Notes: a model not told the origin generated them from the letters alone. Counted from the stretch's first letter, positions 9,253 to 18,482 are shown. The stretch: DNA of 64,000 nucleotides from an uncultured Candidatus Saccharibacteria bacterium (GCA_964434285.1 CAYSUJ010000003.1:20992-84991), one strand, 5' to 3'. Made by a program: numbers and translations.

Positions 9253-9284
9253 GGCCGCCCTCGGCCTCGCGGCCGAGGGCGGCC
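9253..9284 (-). terminator. GC-rich hairpin downstream of the DUF305 gene
   Basis: GGCCGCCCUCGGCC-UCGC-GGCCGAGGGCGGCC gives a 14-bp perfect stem with a 4-nt loop. It starts 8 nt after the DUF305 stop codon. The U-tract is weak. Confidence 0.45.
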
Positions 9285-9291
9285 CAGCCTT

Positions 9292-9903
9292 CTAGTACCA
9301 ACTCGTGAGCCACCCACGCATCATCTCAATTTCGCGTGCCTGCGAGGAAATGATGTTTTCTGCGAGCTGACGCATCTCATTGCGCCCAGAGTCGCGTATC
9401 ATCTGCGCCATCATGATCGCCATTTCGTGATGTGGAATCATTTGCTGCAAGAATTCGCGGTCGAATGCCTCGCCCGAGAGTTTTTCAAGCGCCGCGGTAT
9501 CGCCCGTCATGCCGCGCATATGCATCCCCATACCCCCCTCAGGCGGCGAGCCGCCGTACCACGCCTTGTACCACGAGCGCATTTCGTCAATTTCTGTCTG
9601 CTGAGCTGCGATAATCGCCTCTGCGAGCGAAAGAATCTCAGGCTTCTTCGATCGATCGAGTGCGAGTTTGGCCATTTCAATCGCTCCTTCGTGATGCGGA
9701 ATCATCTGGATGATGAAGTGCTGATCGGAAGCACCACGCATTTCCCCATCTCGCATCATTCCACCACCCGACATCATGTGCATCCCGCTTCGGGGGGCAC
9801 CGAGGCGGCTTGCCCCCAATGAATATCCGGCAATACCACCAATAAGCACACCAACAAGACCTACCACTAACACATTTGAGAGAACTGAATTTATTTTTTC
9901 CAT
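9292..9903 (-). CDS. DUF305 domain protein (periplasmic metal/copper-associated four-helix protein)
   Basis: Two copies of the MIPHHEGAIEMA / MIPHHEMAIMMA signature (the DUF305 HH motif). N-terminal TM anchor. Gly/Met-rich linker. Confidence 0.8.
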   Translation of the reverse strand: MEKINSVLSNVLVVGLVGVLIGGIAGYSLGASRLGAPRSGMHMMSGGGMMRDGEMRGASDQHFIIQMIPHHEGAIEMAKLALDRSKKPEILSLAEAIIAAQQTEIDEMRSWYKAWYGGSPPEGGMGMHMRGMTGDTAALEKLSGEAFDREFLQQMIPHHEMAIMMAQMIRDSGRNEMRQLAENIISSQAREIEMMRGWLTSWY

Positions 9904-9929
9904 AGTGTTTTCGTTAACCTCAGTAATGG

Positions 9930-10364
9930 TTACGAAAACGCATATGGTTCTTTGCGATTAAGAATGCCGCGCGAGAACAATTCTTGAAAGAGCGTCGGGC
10001 GTGCTGGAATACGCCGCAAGCGCACGCGAGCCCGCTCGTGTGCGACAGGCAGAGGCCACGTGGTAAAAAACATCGCACACACCACCAAGAGCGAGAGGAA
10101 TGAGGCAAACATTGCCTGCCACATCGAAAAGTGCTCGACAATCGTGCTCTCGCAAATTACCGTTTGCGCACCCTGCAAGGGACACCCGACGTGATGTTCT
10201 GGGTGAGACAAAAGCATTGGCAAGCCAAATAACGCAACGAAGAGAAAGGCACCGAAAACCGCCGAAGCAATAATCGATTTCACCTTTACACTATACGCCC
10301 ACCACTCAAAAACGCCACTTGCCATCGTGGCAAGAGAGAGGGCATTGTTTCTTACCCAAGGCAA
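9930..10364 (-). CDS. Hypothetical small membrane protein
   Basis: Three predicted TM helices, HPEHHVGCP...C motif. Sits between the DUF305 gene and the NirK-like gene. No family recognised. Confidence 0.4.
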   Translation of the reverse strand: MPWVRNNALSLATMASGVFEWWAYSVKVKSIIASAVFGAFLFVALFGLPMLLSHPEHHVGCPLQGAQTVICESTIVEHFSMWQAMFASFLSLLVVCAMFFTTWPLPVAHERARVRLRRIPARPTLFQELFSRGILNRKEPYAFS

Positions 10365-10373
10365 TCGGCATGC

Positions 10374-11831
10374 CTAGTGCGTCATCTCATCCACGTACGG
10401 ATTTTCGGACGTTGCTCCGGTACTTGTCGCCGCCGATGTTGATGATGTCAGAGACATTATAAATTTGTCCGCCGGAGCGTAGATGTCCGGACGCGGGTCG
10501 CCTTCGACTTGAATGATGGCCCACGCGCCTTTGTTCATACGAGCGAGCGCATGATCGACAAGCACAAGATTGCCCGGTACTTCGGCTTTGAATTCGACAA
10601 TGGCTGCGCCGCCAGGAAGAACGGCCGTTGTCTGAATGTTTTTGAAGGTACCTCCGCCGATGCCGCCTTCCGGATAGACGGTATCGAATATTTCGCCAAT
10701 CGGATGGAACGAGGAAATGAGACCAACACCACCATTCCCCACGTAGATTCGCGCGGTCTCTCCTGCTTTCATTTTCATGCGCGGTGCACCATCACTCTCT
10801 ATTCGTCCGTTGAATGTGATGTAATTTGGCTCTTCATCCAGAAGCGCATCCCCATCAAAAATCGTGAGACCCTTCTTGCCGATAACACCTTTCGTGTAGA
10901 GCTCGCCTTGCACGACGTAAAATTCTTTATCAACCCGTGGCAGCCCTTCTTTCGGCTCCACGAGAATGAGGCCGTACTGCCCGTGCGAATTGTGCGTGCT
11001 CACATTCGGCGTCGCGCAGTGATAGATATAGAGGCCGGGGTTGAGTGCTTTCCAGGTAAAAACCTTTGTCTCGCCCGGATTTACTTTCGATAACGTAGCA
11101 CCGCCGCCCGGACCCGTGACCGCATGGAGATCAATATTGTGCGGATGCAAGCTCGACGGATGGTTTGTGAGCGATACCTCAACCGTGTCCCCTTCGCGCA
11201 CGCGGAGCATCGGCCCGGGCACTTGTTTATTGAAGGTCCAGTAGTTGAAGTAAATGCCAGGTGCAATTTCCGCTATCACCTCTTGCGCAACGAGTTCGAT
11301 TTTTACGTGTTCGCTCGTCGTGCGGGTAATCGGTGGCGGAACGTCATTCGGATCAGCGCCAATATCAGCGACATGCTCGAAATTTTTGAAGTTCTTGATA
11401 AAAAAGAGAACATTCTTGAACGGCAAATCTGGAAGAGCCCCGCCCGGGTGATACACATGCATGAAGGCAGGCATGGCAAAGTGTGGTGCATACGTCTTAT
11501 CCGCCCACATGTAGAGAATCCCGCCCGCTACGATAACGCCAAGCGTTACCGCGAGGGTTTTCGAGTGCATGCGATAGACGATGCGCAAGATGAAAAATGA
11601 AAAAGCAGCCACCGCAATCGTGATGCCAATCCCTTGCATCATCGAATAGTGGATGAATGGATAAAACGCGATCAGTGTGTCGAATCCAAAATACCAAACC
11701 GCAGCGAAAGCCACTACTGCGCCGAGCACGACAAGCGAAACAAGTGCCGTCAACCAATATACCATGCTACCCGTATCCCCATTTCCCATGTGCCATGTGC
11801 CATGTGCCATGTGCCATGTGCCATGTGCCAT
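10374..11831 (-). CDS. Copper-containing nitrite reductase (NirK)-like two-domain multicopper oxidase with ~120-aa N-terminal polytopic membrane domain
   Basis: HPHNIDLHAVTGPGGGA matches the NirK HNxDFHAATG motif (type-2 Cu His plus catalytic Asp). YIYHCATP matches the YHC type-1/type-2 Cu ligand pair. Two cupredoxin-like halves. The N-terminus has 3-4 TM helices. The first 15 codons are a translated 7-bp tandem repeat, and an alternative start (MVYWLT, ATG at 11765) lies just downstream of it. Confidence 0.7.
   Translation of the reverse strand: MAHGTWHMAHGTWHMGNGDTGSMVYWLTALVSLVVLGAVVAFAAVWYFGFDTLIAFYPFIHYSMMQGIGITIAVAAFSFFILRIVYRMHSKTLAVTLGVIVAGGILYMWADKTYAPHFAMPAFMHVYHPGGALPDLPFKNVLFFIKNFKNFEHVADIGADPNDVPPPITRTTSEHVKIELVAQEVIAEIAPGIYFNYWTFNKQVPGPMLRVREGDTVEVSLTNHPSSLHPHNIDLHAVTGPGGGATLSKVNPGETKVFTWKALNPGLYIYHCATPNVSTHNSHGQYGLILVEPKEGLPRVDKEFYVVQGELYTKGVIGKKGLTIFDGDALLDEEPNYITFNGRIESDGAPRMKMKAGETARIYVGNGGVGLISSFHPIGEIFDTVYPEGGIGGGTFKNIQTTAVLPGGAAIVEFKAEVPGNLVLVDHALARMNKGAWAIIQVEGDPRPDIYAPADKFIMSLTSSTSAATSTGATSENPYVDEMTH
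11786..11831. repeat. Tandem heptanucleotide repeat (CCATGTG)x6.5
   Basis: Six perfect units at 11786-11827 plus a partial unit, read directly from the sequence. It overlaps the annotated 5' end of the NirK-like ORF, where it encodes MAHGTWHMAHGTWHM. Confidence 0.9.
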
Positions 11832-12103
11832 TAATTATATACCCCGAAACATCAACCCACCTTGGACTCAGTGTCGTATAATGTCAAAATGAACCTCCGC
11901 GAATGGTTACTCTATATCACCAATAATGAATCCATTTCTCGTCACGAGACGGAATTCGATATTGCGTTTTTCATCATTAACACCCTCGCGGTATTTGGAG
12001 GAAGCATCTACATTGGATATATCGGCGAGTGGCAATGGATTCCATTCCTCATCATTGAGTACGTCTGGTCAGTTGATACGATTCGTCACAATCGACCGTA
12101 GAG

Positions 12104-12709
12104 TTACGACCACATCGAGAGCAGAGCGTGGATATCAGACGCAAAATACGCAAGCGCGGTATTGAACATCACTGTTCCGATGCCGAGTGGCACTATCACG
12201 CGCCAGAGCGGATAGCGTAAAAGCCCCATCGGAATGGTCACGAGATCGCTGGAGAATGGCACACATGCACCATACAAGAAAAAGACAGCCGGCAATAGCC
12301 TCGGATGGTGTTCCTGCAGAGCCGCCAACCGCGTAAGTGCACGTTCTATTCGTGAAGATACGAGTGCTCGACCGAAATAACCAACGAAATAAGATGTGCA
12401 GTCGCCGAGCGACACTGCAATTGCCGTCGTTAAGCCAAGCGCGAGCGGGTTCAGACCGCCCGCCGCGAGCGCCATAAGCATCATATGGTACGGAATGCCG
12501 CTGAAGGTCGTAATCCCTCCCAAAAAAGCGAGTATAAATATGAAAACGTATGCATTCTCGACACCAATCAAACTTACCACCCGTTCCGCCGAAGAAAAAT
12601 AAAAAAGTGCCGATATCACGACAAGTGTGATGAGTGGCAACACGCCAAGTATCCGAGCGGAATACTTCTGCATAGGTATTAACGCGCCCGAGGCATTCCA
12701 GAATTCCAA
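12104..12709 (-). CDS. Putative DedA/VTT-family membrane protein
   Basis: Five to six TM helices. The YGACVPFSSDLVTIPMGLLRYPLWRVIVPLG segment resembles the DedA/SNARE-associated core. The likely start is an internal Met (MQKYSAR). Weak assignment. Confidence 0.4.
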   Translation of the reverse strand: MEFWNASGALIPMQKYSARILGVLPLITLVVISALFYFSSAERVVSLIGVENAYVFIFILAFLGGITTFSGIPYHMMLMALAAGGLNPLALGLTTAIAVSLGDCTSYFVGYFGRALVSSRIERALTRLAALQEHHPRLLPAVFFLYGACVPFSSDLVTIPMGLLRYPLWRVIVPLGIGTVMFNTALAYFASDIHALLSMWS

Positions 12710-13020
12710 TCGCTGCCCCCGAGGACACGTATCAGTGTGGCCTGTACTGATCCATTACGCTCTCCCCCAAAAACCATGACTCTCTCGCCGACATGCAATT
12801 GCGTGATGTCTCGTTCTCGTGGTCGCACTTCAGTTGTTGACAGGATGTGCACCCGGTGCTCACCATCACGCACATCATGGATAGTGATCGTATCGTCGGC
12901 AACCTGAACAACCTCGCCAAAGTATTGATCACGTTGCCACCGCGCATACATGCTTGCAGACGCTCCAGTAGCAAGCAGAATCACTACAACCATTCCTGCG
13001 ACCCAGTAATAATGTCTCAT
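12679..13020 (-). CDS. Hypothetical membrane-anchored protein (113 aa)
   Basis: One N-terminal TM helix followed by a beta-rich domain. No family recognised. Confidence 0.35.
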   Translation of the reverse strand: MRHYYWVAGMVVVILLATGASASMYARWQRDQYFGEVVQVADDTITIHDVRDGEHRVHILSTTEVRPRERDITQLHVGERVMVFGGERNGSVQATLIRVLGGSDWNSGMPRAR

Positions 13021-13228
13021 GATGTTCTTTTAAAAATTCTATCAGCGGCTGTGCGCCAATACAATGAATACGACACAACCGTACACGCATACGACTTGAG
13101 CGAGTGAAATTGTGTGAGAATCCCCGCAATGCTACTGGGCGCAAAGGTTTGACCAACGCCTCGCTCAAGGAGTATCCAGCCCATGCGCCTTATAATCAGG
13201 CGAAAATCGGCCACCCATGCAATGATGG

Positions 13229-14002
13229 TCACCTCCCGCCCCAGCCACGGCCACCTCCCCAACCCTCTCCGGGACCGCCTCCTCCACCAGTCTCGCGCCC
13301 TGAATTTATGATTCCAGCATATTCTTCCGCAGATACAAACTCGGGTGTATACGTTACTCCGCGTGCAGAGAGTTGCTCGGTAAAAGAGCGAAGGTGGTTG
13401 CGCGATCCACGCGAGAGATTGTCATAGACGAACACGATGTCTTCGTTATCAGTTCTCTCACTGCGCACGTTCAAATCATACAGATCAAGGTCTTCAACTC
13501 GAGCGCCTACGCGCAGCGCACTCTCAATAGACGCTTGCCCCTCGGAAGTCAAATCAGTGAATAATTTTTGAAGAGTCGGATCGACGAAAACACCAATAGT
13601 GTCGTCAGAAACCGGATCCGCTATGTTGTATTTCACAAGGAGCGTACGCACTGCTTCGGTGTGCGTTTGCTCACTCTGTGCAATATTCGAGAAGATGGGC
13701 AGATTCCATTTTTCATAGAGCGTTATGTACACATCGCGCGCAAGCTTCTCCTCTTCACGCATGTAGAGAAGATCTGCCTTCTCTGTTGTATCGATCTCTT
13801 CCGCCGGAAGCGCTGCAATACCGGGACGCGCAGAAAGGTAATCTGAAGGTTCGGGAGTGCCCGTAGCCTCCCGCCATCCCTGCATCCCCGGCCTCTCTGA
13901 CGGAATGGGCATGTCTCCTCCCCGCCAAGAGACTCCCGCAATGCCTCCAGCGAGCGCTGCGATGAGTCCGATAAGTCCCGCCCCGAATAAGCCGATATTC
14001 AT
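13229..14002 (-). CDS. DUF2202 ferritin-like domain protein with Gly-rich C-terminal tail
   Basis: The YMREEEKLARDVY...NIAQSEQTHTEAV...LLVKYNI block matches the DUF2202 / ferritin-like signature. N-terminal TM anchor. C-terminal GGGGGPGEGWGGGRGWGGR. Confidence 0.6.
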   Translation of the reverse strand: MNIGLFGAGLIGLIAALAGGIAGVSWRGGDMPIPSERPGMQGWREATGTPEPSDYLSARPGIAALPAEEIDTTEKADLLYMREEEKLARDVYITLYEKWNLPIFSNIAQSEQTHTEAVRTLLVKYNIADPVSDDTIGVFVDPTLQKLFTDLTSEGQASIESALRVGARVEDLDLYDLNVRSERTDNEDIVFVYDNLSRGSRNHLRSFTEQLSARGVTYTPEFVSAEEYAGIINSGRETGGGGGPGEGWGGGRGWGGR

Positions 14003-14068
14003 ATGAATGGAGGTAATGTGATTAAAGTAGGTGTCGTATTACGTATCGACGAACAGGTTCGGAATCGC

Positions 14069-14413
14069 TTACATCGATGCGCCTTTTCTCTGTCGCCAGC
14101 CTGCAGCATAGAGAAGCCCGACGACACATGATGGTAACGAAATCGCCGCATACCAAGTCCACGGACGATCGAACCCTAGAAGCCACACGTACGCACCCGC
14201 GAATCCAATGAAGACGATCGCACCAATAAGAGGAAAGCGCCATGCGACCACTGTGAACACAAGCAGCGCGAACGAGGGCATAAGGTGGACGAGGAATCCA
14301 ATAATCATCATCCACTCAAGCGGGCCTTCGAAGACATCGAGTGCAAAGGTGGAAATGAATGCAACGAAGGCGAGCGAGAGGATACGTGGTGCCCAATGAA
14401 GAAAGTCGCCCAT
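14069..14413 (-). CDS. Hypothetical small membrane protein (114 aa, 4 TM)
   Basis: Hydrophobic ORF with coding-like composition. No family recognised. Confidence 0.45.
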   Translation of the reverse strand: MGDFLHWAPRILSLAFVAFISTFALDVFEGPLEWMMIIGFLVHLMPSFALLVFTVVAWRFPLIGAIVFIGFAGAYVWLLGFDRPWTWYAAISLPSCVVGLLYAAGWRQRKGASM

Positions 14414-14417
14414 AGCC

Positions 14418-14624
14418 TCACGAGCCCCATCTCACCAACTGTGCCTTTGTTATGTTTTTTCTCTGCGCACGACGCATAGCAGGCGTTGGTTTTGCCGCCT
14501 CGGGAACATTTTTGCGGGGGTGCGCTCGAAAAACATCACCTTTCATGTGATAAATATGACCCCTGATATTTTTGAGAACCGACCGAGCTTTCTTGTCCGT
14601 AATCATGAGATGCCCGTCTTTCAC
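14418..14624 (-). CDS. Small basic hypothetical protein
   Basis: Shares an RKN(I/V)xxAQ(x)RW motif with the adjacent upstream ORF. The two may be paralogues or two halves of a frameshifted gene. Confidence 0.3.
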   Translation of the reverse strand: MKDGHLMITDKKARSVLKNIRGHIYHMKGDVFRAHPRKNVPEAAKPTPAMRRAQRKNITKAQLVRWGS

Positions 14625-14663
14625 ATGTGCATCATCTTTGGAAACAAGCCACGAGACCGTGTC

Positions 14664-14936
14664 CTAGCTGCCGCTCGACCGCTTACCGGCAAGACGCTCT
14701 AAGCCACCTTTCTCTCCAACATCTTGAACCCGGAATGTCACAAAATCGCTTTTGGGACGAACCTCGATCCGATAGAATTTGCCCTTGCCGGTCGTGCCCG
14801 GCCTTTTTCTCCCTCGACCCTGCGGCTGGGCGAGTGCATGCTGTCGGTATGTCATGCTCTTCCATCTCGCCTGTGCTCTGCGGACATTCTTTCTCGCAGC
14901 CGCTCGCTGTTTCTCTGTTGTCATACGAGATCTCAT
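14664..14936 (-). CDS. Small basic hypothetical protein
   Basis: 90 aa, Lys/Arg-rich, AARKNVRRAQARW motif. No confident family. Confidence 0.35.
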   Translation of the reverse strand: MRSRMTTEKQRAAARKNVRRAQARWKSMTYRQHALAQPQGRGRKRPGTTGKGKFYRIEVRPKSDFVTFRVQDVGEKGGLERLAGKRSSGS

Positions 14937-15298
14937 AAATAGTTAATAATTATTTTTTCTGGATTTGCTGCCAAAGCCAGATACCTACAAGGACGAGATC
15001 AACCACGACGATGAGCCAGGTGATGAGTCCCACTCCTCCCCCCCCCATGCCATATCCGTACATCATATATATGTTTGAGAGTGAATAATGCCACGATACA
15101 TAACGATATCTCAGCCCTCCGAAGCAGGACGTGCTTGTGATTCGCGCCTCCTCGGCACCACCCGCACCTTCCGAGGCTTCTTTTTTGGCTTAATACCCCG
15201 ATTCTTAACGACACCCTCGAGCCGAGGTGGATAGGTCAATACCATCTCCTGCCGTACTTCGCGTTTATCTCCTTTTGTCGGACGCTGATTCTTCATAT

Positions 15299-15718
15299 CT
15301 ATTTCTTCGTAACCTCGACCTTAACTGCTTTCTTTTCCTGCCCCTTCACGATCGGCATCGCAACAGTGAGAAAACCGTCAGCATACTCGGCTCTCGCCTC
15401 ATCAGCATCAACAATCTTCGGGAGCGAAATGGTGCGCGAGAACGACCCGCGCCGGATCTCCTTTGAGTAATAGTCCTTTTTATCTGTCTCTGTTTCCTCG
15501 TTACGCTCTCCCGAGACGGTGAGCGTGTCTTTGTCAATGGAAATCTCAAGCTCTTCCGACTTCACTCCGGGAAGCGACATCTTTGCGATCACACTCTTCC
15601 CTTCCTCATACACATCGACCGCGAGATCCCAGCCCAATTTCGGAAACATGGATATATACGGACGATCCTCAAAAAATCGTTCCATATCACTAAAGGGTTC
15701 CCATTTAATAAGTGCCAT
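15299..15718 (-). CDS. Hsp20/alpha-crystallin family small heat-shock protein
   Basis: Alpha-crystallin domain in VDVYEEGKSVIAKMSLPGVKSEELEISIDKDTLTVSGER...YSKEIRRGSFSRTISLP. Start trimmed to MALIKWEPF (ATG at 15718). The upstream extension lacks coding character. Confidence 0.8.
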   Translation of the reverse strand: MALIKWEPFSDMERFFEDRPYISMFPKLGWDLAVDVYEEGKSVIAKMSLPGVKSEELEISIDKDTLTVSGERNEETETDKKDYYSKEIRRGSFSRTISLPKIVDADEARAEYADGFLTVAMPIVKGQEKKAVKVEVTKK

Positions 15719-15931
15719 AGACGACGGTACTAGTTCCTGTAACGTCCGCTCTTCACTTGTGATAACTGCGGCTCGACCTTTTGTGTTTATTGTGCACGAC
15801 ATGAAATAAAAACCTATACATTGCGCACTGCGTATCATGCGGCGTGAAATAATACTGCATTCGCTCGATATTTTAATGCTCACACGACGACAAAAAAGGT
15901 GTCGTTAATGCGCGAGCAGCTCACGAGCATG

Positions 15932-16645
15932 TTAGATGCGTATCCCAGAGCCCCTTTTCTCTCCTGAAATTTCTTCAAGAAGCTGTATGTAGAATAATGC
16001 ACCATTGTGCCGCAGTGGAAAGATTGTGGTGCGAAGTTTAAATACACTTCCGTCCTTACGTTTATCGATAATCTCGTCGGATTGGAACATGGTCCCAGCA
16101 CCGAGGGCTCCCCACATCTTCGTGTAGACTTCCAGCGGCGTCGCGCCACTCTTTATCGTCCACGGTGTCTTGCCGCGCACCTCATCGAGCATGTAGCCGA
16201 ATTGTTTCTCCCATGCCGCGTTTACGTATTCGATTTCGATTTTCTCGTTCGCAATGAGGACGGGTTGCTGGGAGCTGTCGGCAAGAACATAAAAGGGATG
16301 TTTACCCTCCTGGGGTTTCGCTCGCTTACCACGACTCCTTGCACGAATGGCTGAAAGCGCCGGCAAGACTTGTAGCATTGCCTCTTCACGCCTGCGGAAA
16401 TTCGCGAGCAAGCGTTCTGGATTCTCGGCAACCCAATATTTATACCGACGCTGCACATAGAAATTCACGACACCTTCCCGGTGGAGGGTCTCAAGAATTG
16501 ATTGCACGCTCGTGCGGGGCAATTTCGTTTTTGTGGCGATATCAGAGGCGTGGGCTTCTCCCATCGAAAGTGCCGCAAGATAGACTTTTGCTTCACTTGC
16601 ACTATATCCGAGTAGCTCTATCGCTTTCTGTACCTGGGCGATCAT
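15932..16645 (-). CDS. TrmB-type HTH transcriptional regulator fused to a PAS sensor domain
   Basis: The N-terminal LGYSASEAKVYLAALSMGEAHASDIATKTKLPRTSVQSILETLHREGVV matches the TrmB winged helix. The C-terminal ~120 aa are PAS-like. Divergent and adjacent to the Hsp20 gene. Confidence 0.65.
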   Translation of the reverse strand: MIAQVQKAIELLGYSASEAKVYLAALSMGEAHASDIATKTKLPRTSVQSILETLHREGVVNFYVQRRYKYWVAENPERLLANFRRREEAMLQVLPALSAIRARSRGKRAKPQEGKHPFYVLADSSQQPVLIANEKIEIEYVNAAWEKQFGYMLDEVRGKTPWTIKSGATPLEVYTKMWGALGAGTMFQSDEIIDKRKDGSVFKLRTTIFPLRHNGALFYIQLLEEISGEKRGSGIRI

Positions 16646-16690
16646 GAACCCAGTATACGAAGCTGCGCTTTTTCATGCTACTCTTCTTTC

Positions 16691-17167
16691 ATGGATGAAT
16701 ATCCTGCGCGGACTGATGCTCTTGCGTTCCTGAAGCGAAATAAAACCGGCGTTATTGCGACTGCGGGACATGACAACGTGCCACACGCGAGCGCGGTGCA
16801 CTATCACGCTGATGACGATTTTAATGTCTACTTTCTGACATTGCCATCGAGCCGCAAATACAACGCGCTTACCGCCCACCCGCAGGTCGCCTTCACGGTC
16901 ATTCGCGAAGACGTCCCGCAAACCATTCAAATTGAAGGTATGGCGCAGGACATTACGCTGAGTAAGGAAATGCGAGAAAAAAAGGAAAAAGTGATGGAAG
17001 TGCTCAATGCGAATCCGTTTTTCTTTCCACCCATCGCCGAGCTCGATCCTGAGGAAATGGCAGTTATCTGGATAAAGCCAACCTGGATCCGCTGGGCTGA
17101 TTACGCATTCGCCGAACACGGTACCGACCACGTTTTTAGAGAAATACCAGTCGCGGGGCAAGAATGA
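16691..17167 (+). CDS. Pyridoxamine 5'-phosphate oxidase-like FMN-binding split-barrel protein
   Basis: Typical PNPOx-family N-terminus (LAFLKRNKTGVIATAGHDNVPHASAVHYHADDD.NVYFLT). Preferred over the fully overlapping antisense ORF. Confidence 0.65.
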   Translation: MDEYPARTDALAFLKRNKTGVIATAGHDNVPHASAVHYHADDDFNVYFLTLPSSRKYNALTAHPQVAFTVIREDVPQTIQIEGMAQDITLSKEMREKKEKVMEVLNANPFFFPPIAELDPEEMAVIWIKPTWIRWADYAFAEHGTDHVFREIPVAGQE

Positions 17168-17326
17168 AAACGTTCAACTTTACAGAAAAGAGATTTCGCT
17201 TTGCGGGCCTTCAACAGTTAGAACCCCAAAGGCTAGTAAACATAAGGCTATTTTAGAGACTTTTTCGTTGAAGCTCCAACCCGTCCGCAGCAGGGGTGAT
17301 TTTTCTGAAAAGCGACAAATGCGACA

Positions 17327-17674
17327 CTACTCGGCCTTGCCGCCACGAGCCCAACTCTTGATTCGACCGGCCAACTCGTCTCCTCCTTCAGGATGATCAG
17401 CAACGAAATTCTCAGGCAGAACATGCGATTCATCGTCGATGACGATTCCAAAGGTCTGGTTGACGCCGTTGTAGTCAATCCCGAGAGGTGCCGCACCCTC
17501 TCCGTCGTCACAGGCCTCAGTGAACGTCTTGAGCAGGTGCGCGAAGAGATCTTCTTTATCCATGCTGCGAGAGAAGGAATCGAACCTTCGTCCCCCCATT
17601 TCAGGAAACTCTTTCGAGAAAAGTACCCTGAGAGTGGGGTGTCCTACCGTTAGACGATCCCGCAATACCGGCAT
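17327..17674 (-). CDS. Hypothetical acidic protein (115 aa)
   Basis: Longest ORF in the region with reasonable composition. No domain recognised. Confidence 0.3.
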   Translation of the reverse strand: MPVLRDRLTVGHPTLRVLFSKEFPEMGGRRFDSFSRSMDKEDLFAHLLKTFTEACDDGEGAAPLGIDYNGVNQTFGIVIDDESHVLPENFVADHPEGGDELAGRIKSWARGGKAE

Positions 17675-17732
17675 CTTACACTGACATGAGGCGCTCTACC
17701 AATGTCTCGCGCGGCACGGTTCAGCCGCTCGC

Positions 17733-18197
17733 TTGGTGCACCAAGGCATCAAGGATATACTGCCGGCCATGAAAGGGTATCTGAAGGAAGCGGCCTCGTT
17801 CATCTCGGTCTTCTACAGGACTACGGCACTGGGGCCGGTACTCATCGCTGATACGCTTCTCTTCCTCTTATTCGGCCTGTCACTCGTCCCCGGCGTCCCG
17901 CCGTTCATGCAGATCACTATCACCGTCCTCTTCGCGGCAGCCATCATGGTGACCCTCTACCAGATCCTCTTCTTCACGCATAAAGACCCGAACCGTCTCG
18001 CCCTCCAAGAGCAAGTGCATCAGCGCTACCTCGTCGACAAGATATACGGCGACGAAAGCCATGATATGGCGCGAGCAACCCTCGCGGCCGCGATCTTCAA
18101 TCCGAAGCTCTCAATGACCCAGAGCGATGTCATCCCATTGCCCGAAGGGACAGAAAAACAGCCCGATGCGCCAGATGAGCCACCTCAACTTGTATGA
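17733..18197 (+). CDS. Hypothetical membrane protein (154 aa)
   Basis: Two to three TM helices and an acidic C-terminus. It is the last high-GC gene before the GC drop at ~18.19 kb. Confidence 0.45.
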   Translation: MVHQGIKDILPAMKGYLKEAASFISVFYRTTALGPVLIADTLLFLLFGLSLVPGVPPFMQITITVLFAAAIMVTLYQILFFTHKDPNRLALQEQVHQRYLVDKIYGDESHDMARATLAAAIFNPKLSMTQSDVIPLPEGTEKQPDAPDEPPQLV

Positions 18198-18472
18198 AAA
18201 CGTACCTAATCGCAGCAAATACAAATAGTCCTTTTGATCCAGTAAAATTTCACAATTTTATTGTTGGTCTATATCCAAAGCATCTTTCTTCTTGGTGGCA
18301 CTATCTACCGGGTTCAATATTTTTAGTTCAAACAAATTTGCCACTAAATCAGTTAAACAGTTTAGTCTCACAACATATGGGTGGACTTCAATTTCTTATA
18401 ATTGAAGTTAATCCCGATCAGTCACAGGGTTGGCTACCAAAAGAGGCATGGAAATGGCTAGGAAGGGGTTAA
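18194..18472 (+). CDS. Hypothetical protein (92 aa), AT-rich
   Basis: First ORF inside the low-GC region. No family recognised. Confidence 0.4.
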   Translation: MKTYLIAANTNSPFDPVKFHNFIVGLYPKHLSSWWHYLPGSIFLVQTNLPLNQLNSLVSQHMGGLQFLIIEVNPDQSQGWLPKEAWKWLGRG

Positions 18473-18482
18473 AACTAACTTC

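Noticed and set aside
12135-12728. 197-aa alternative-frame ORF overlapping the DedA-like gene
   Set aside because: The other frame gives a hydrophobic, TM-helix-rich product with coding-like composition. This frame is Arg/Cys-rich.
14999-15296. Small ORFs 14999..15214(-) and 15111..15296(-) downstream of Hsp20
   Set aside because: Short, overlapping each other, Arg/Lys/Pro-rich with no motif. They cannot be supported without homology evidence.
16673-17161. 162-aa ORF antisense to the PNPOx-like gene
   Set aside because: The sense strand has clear PNPOx-family motifs. The antisense ORF is a typical high-GC shadow ORF.
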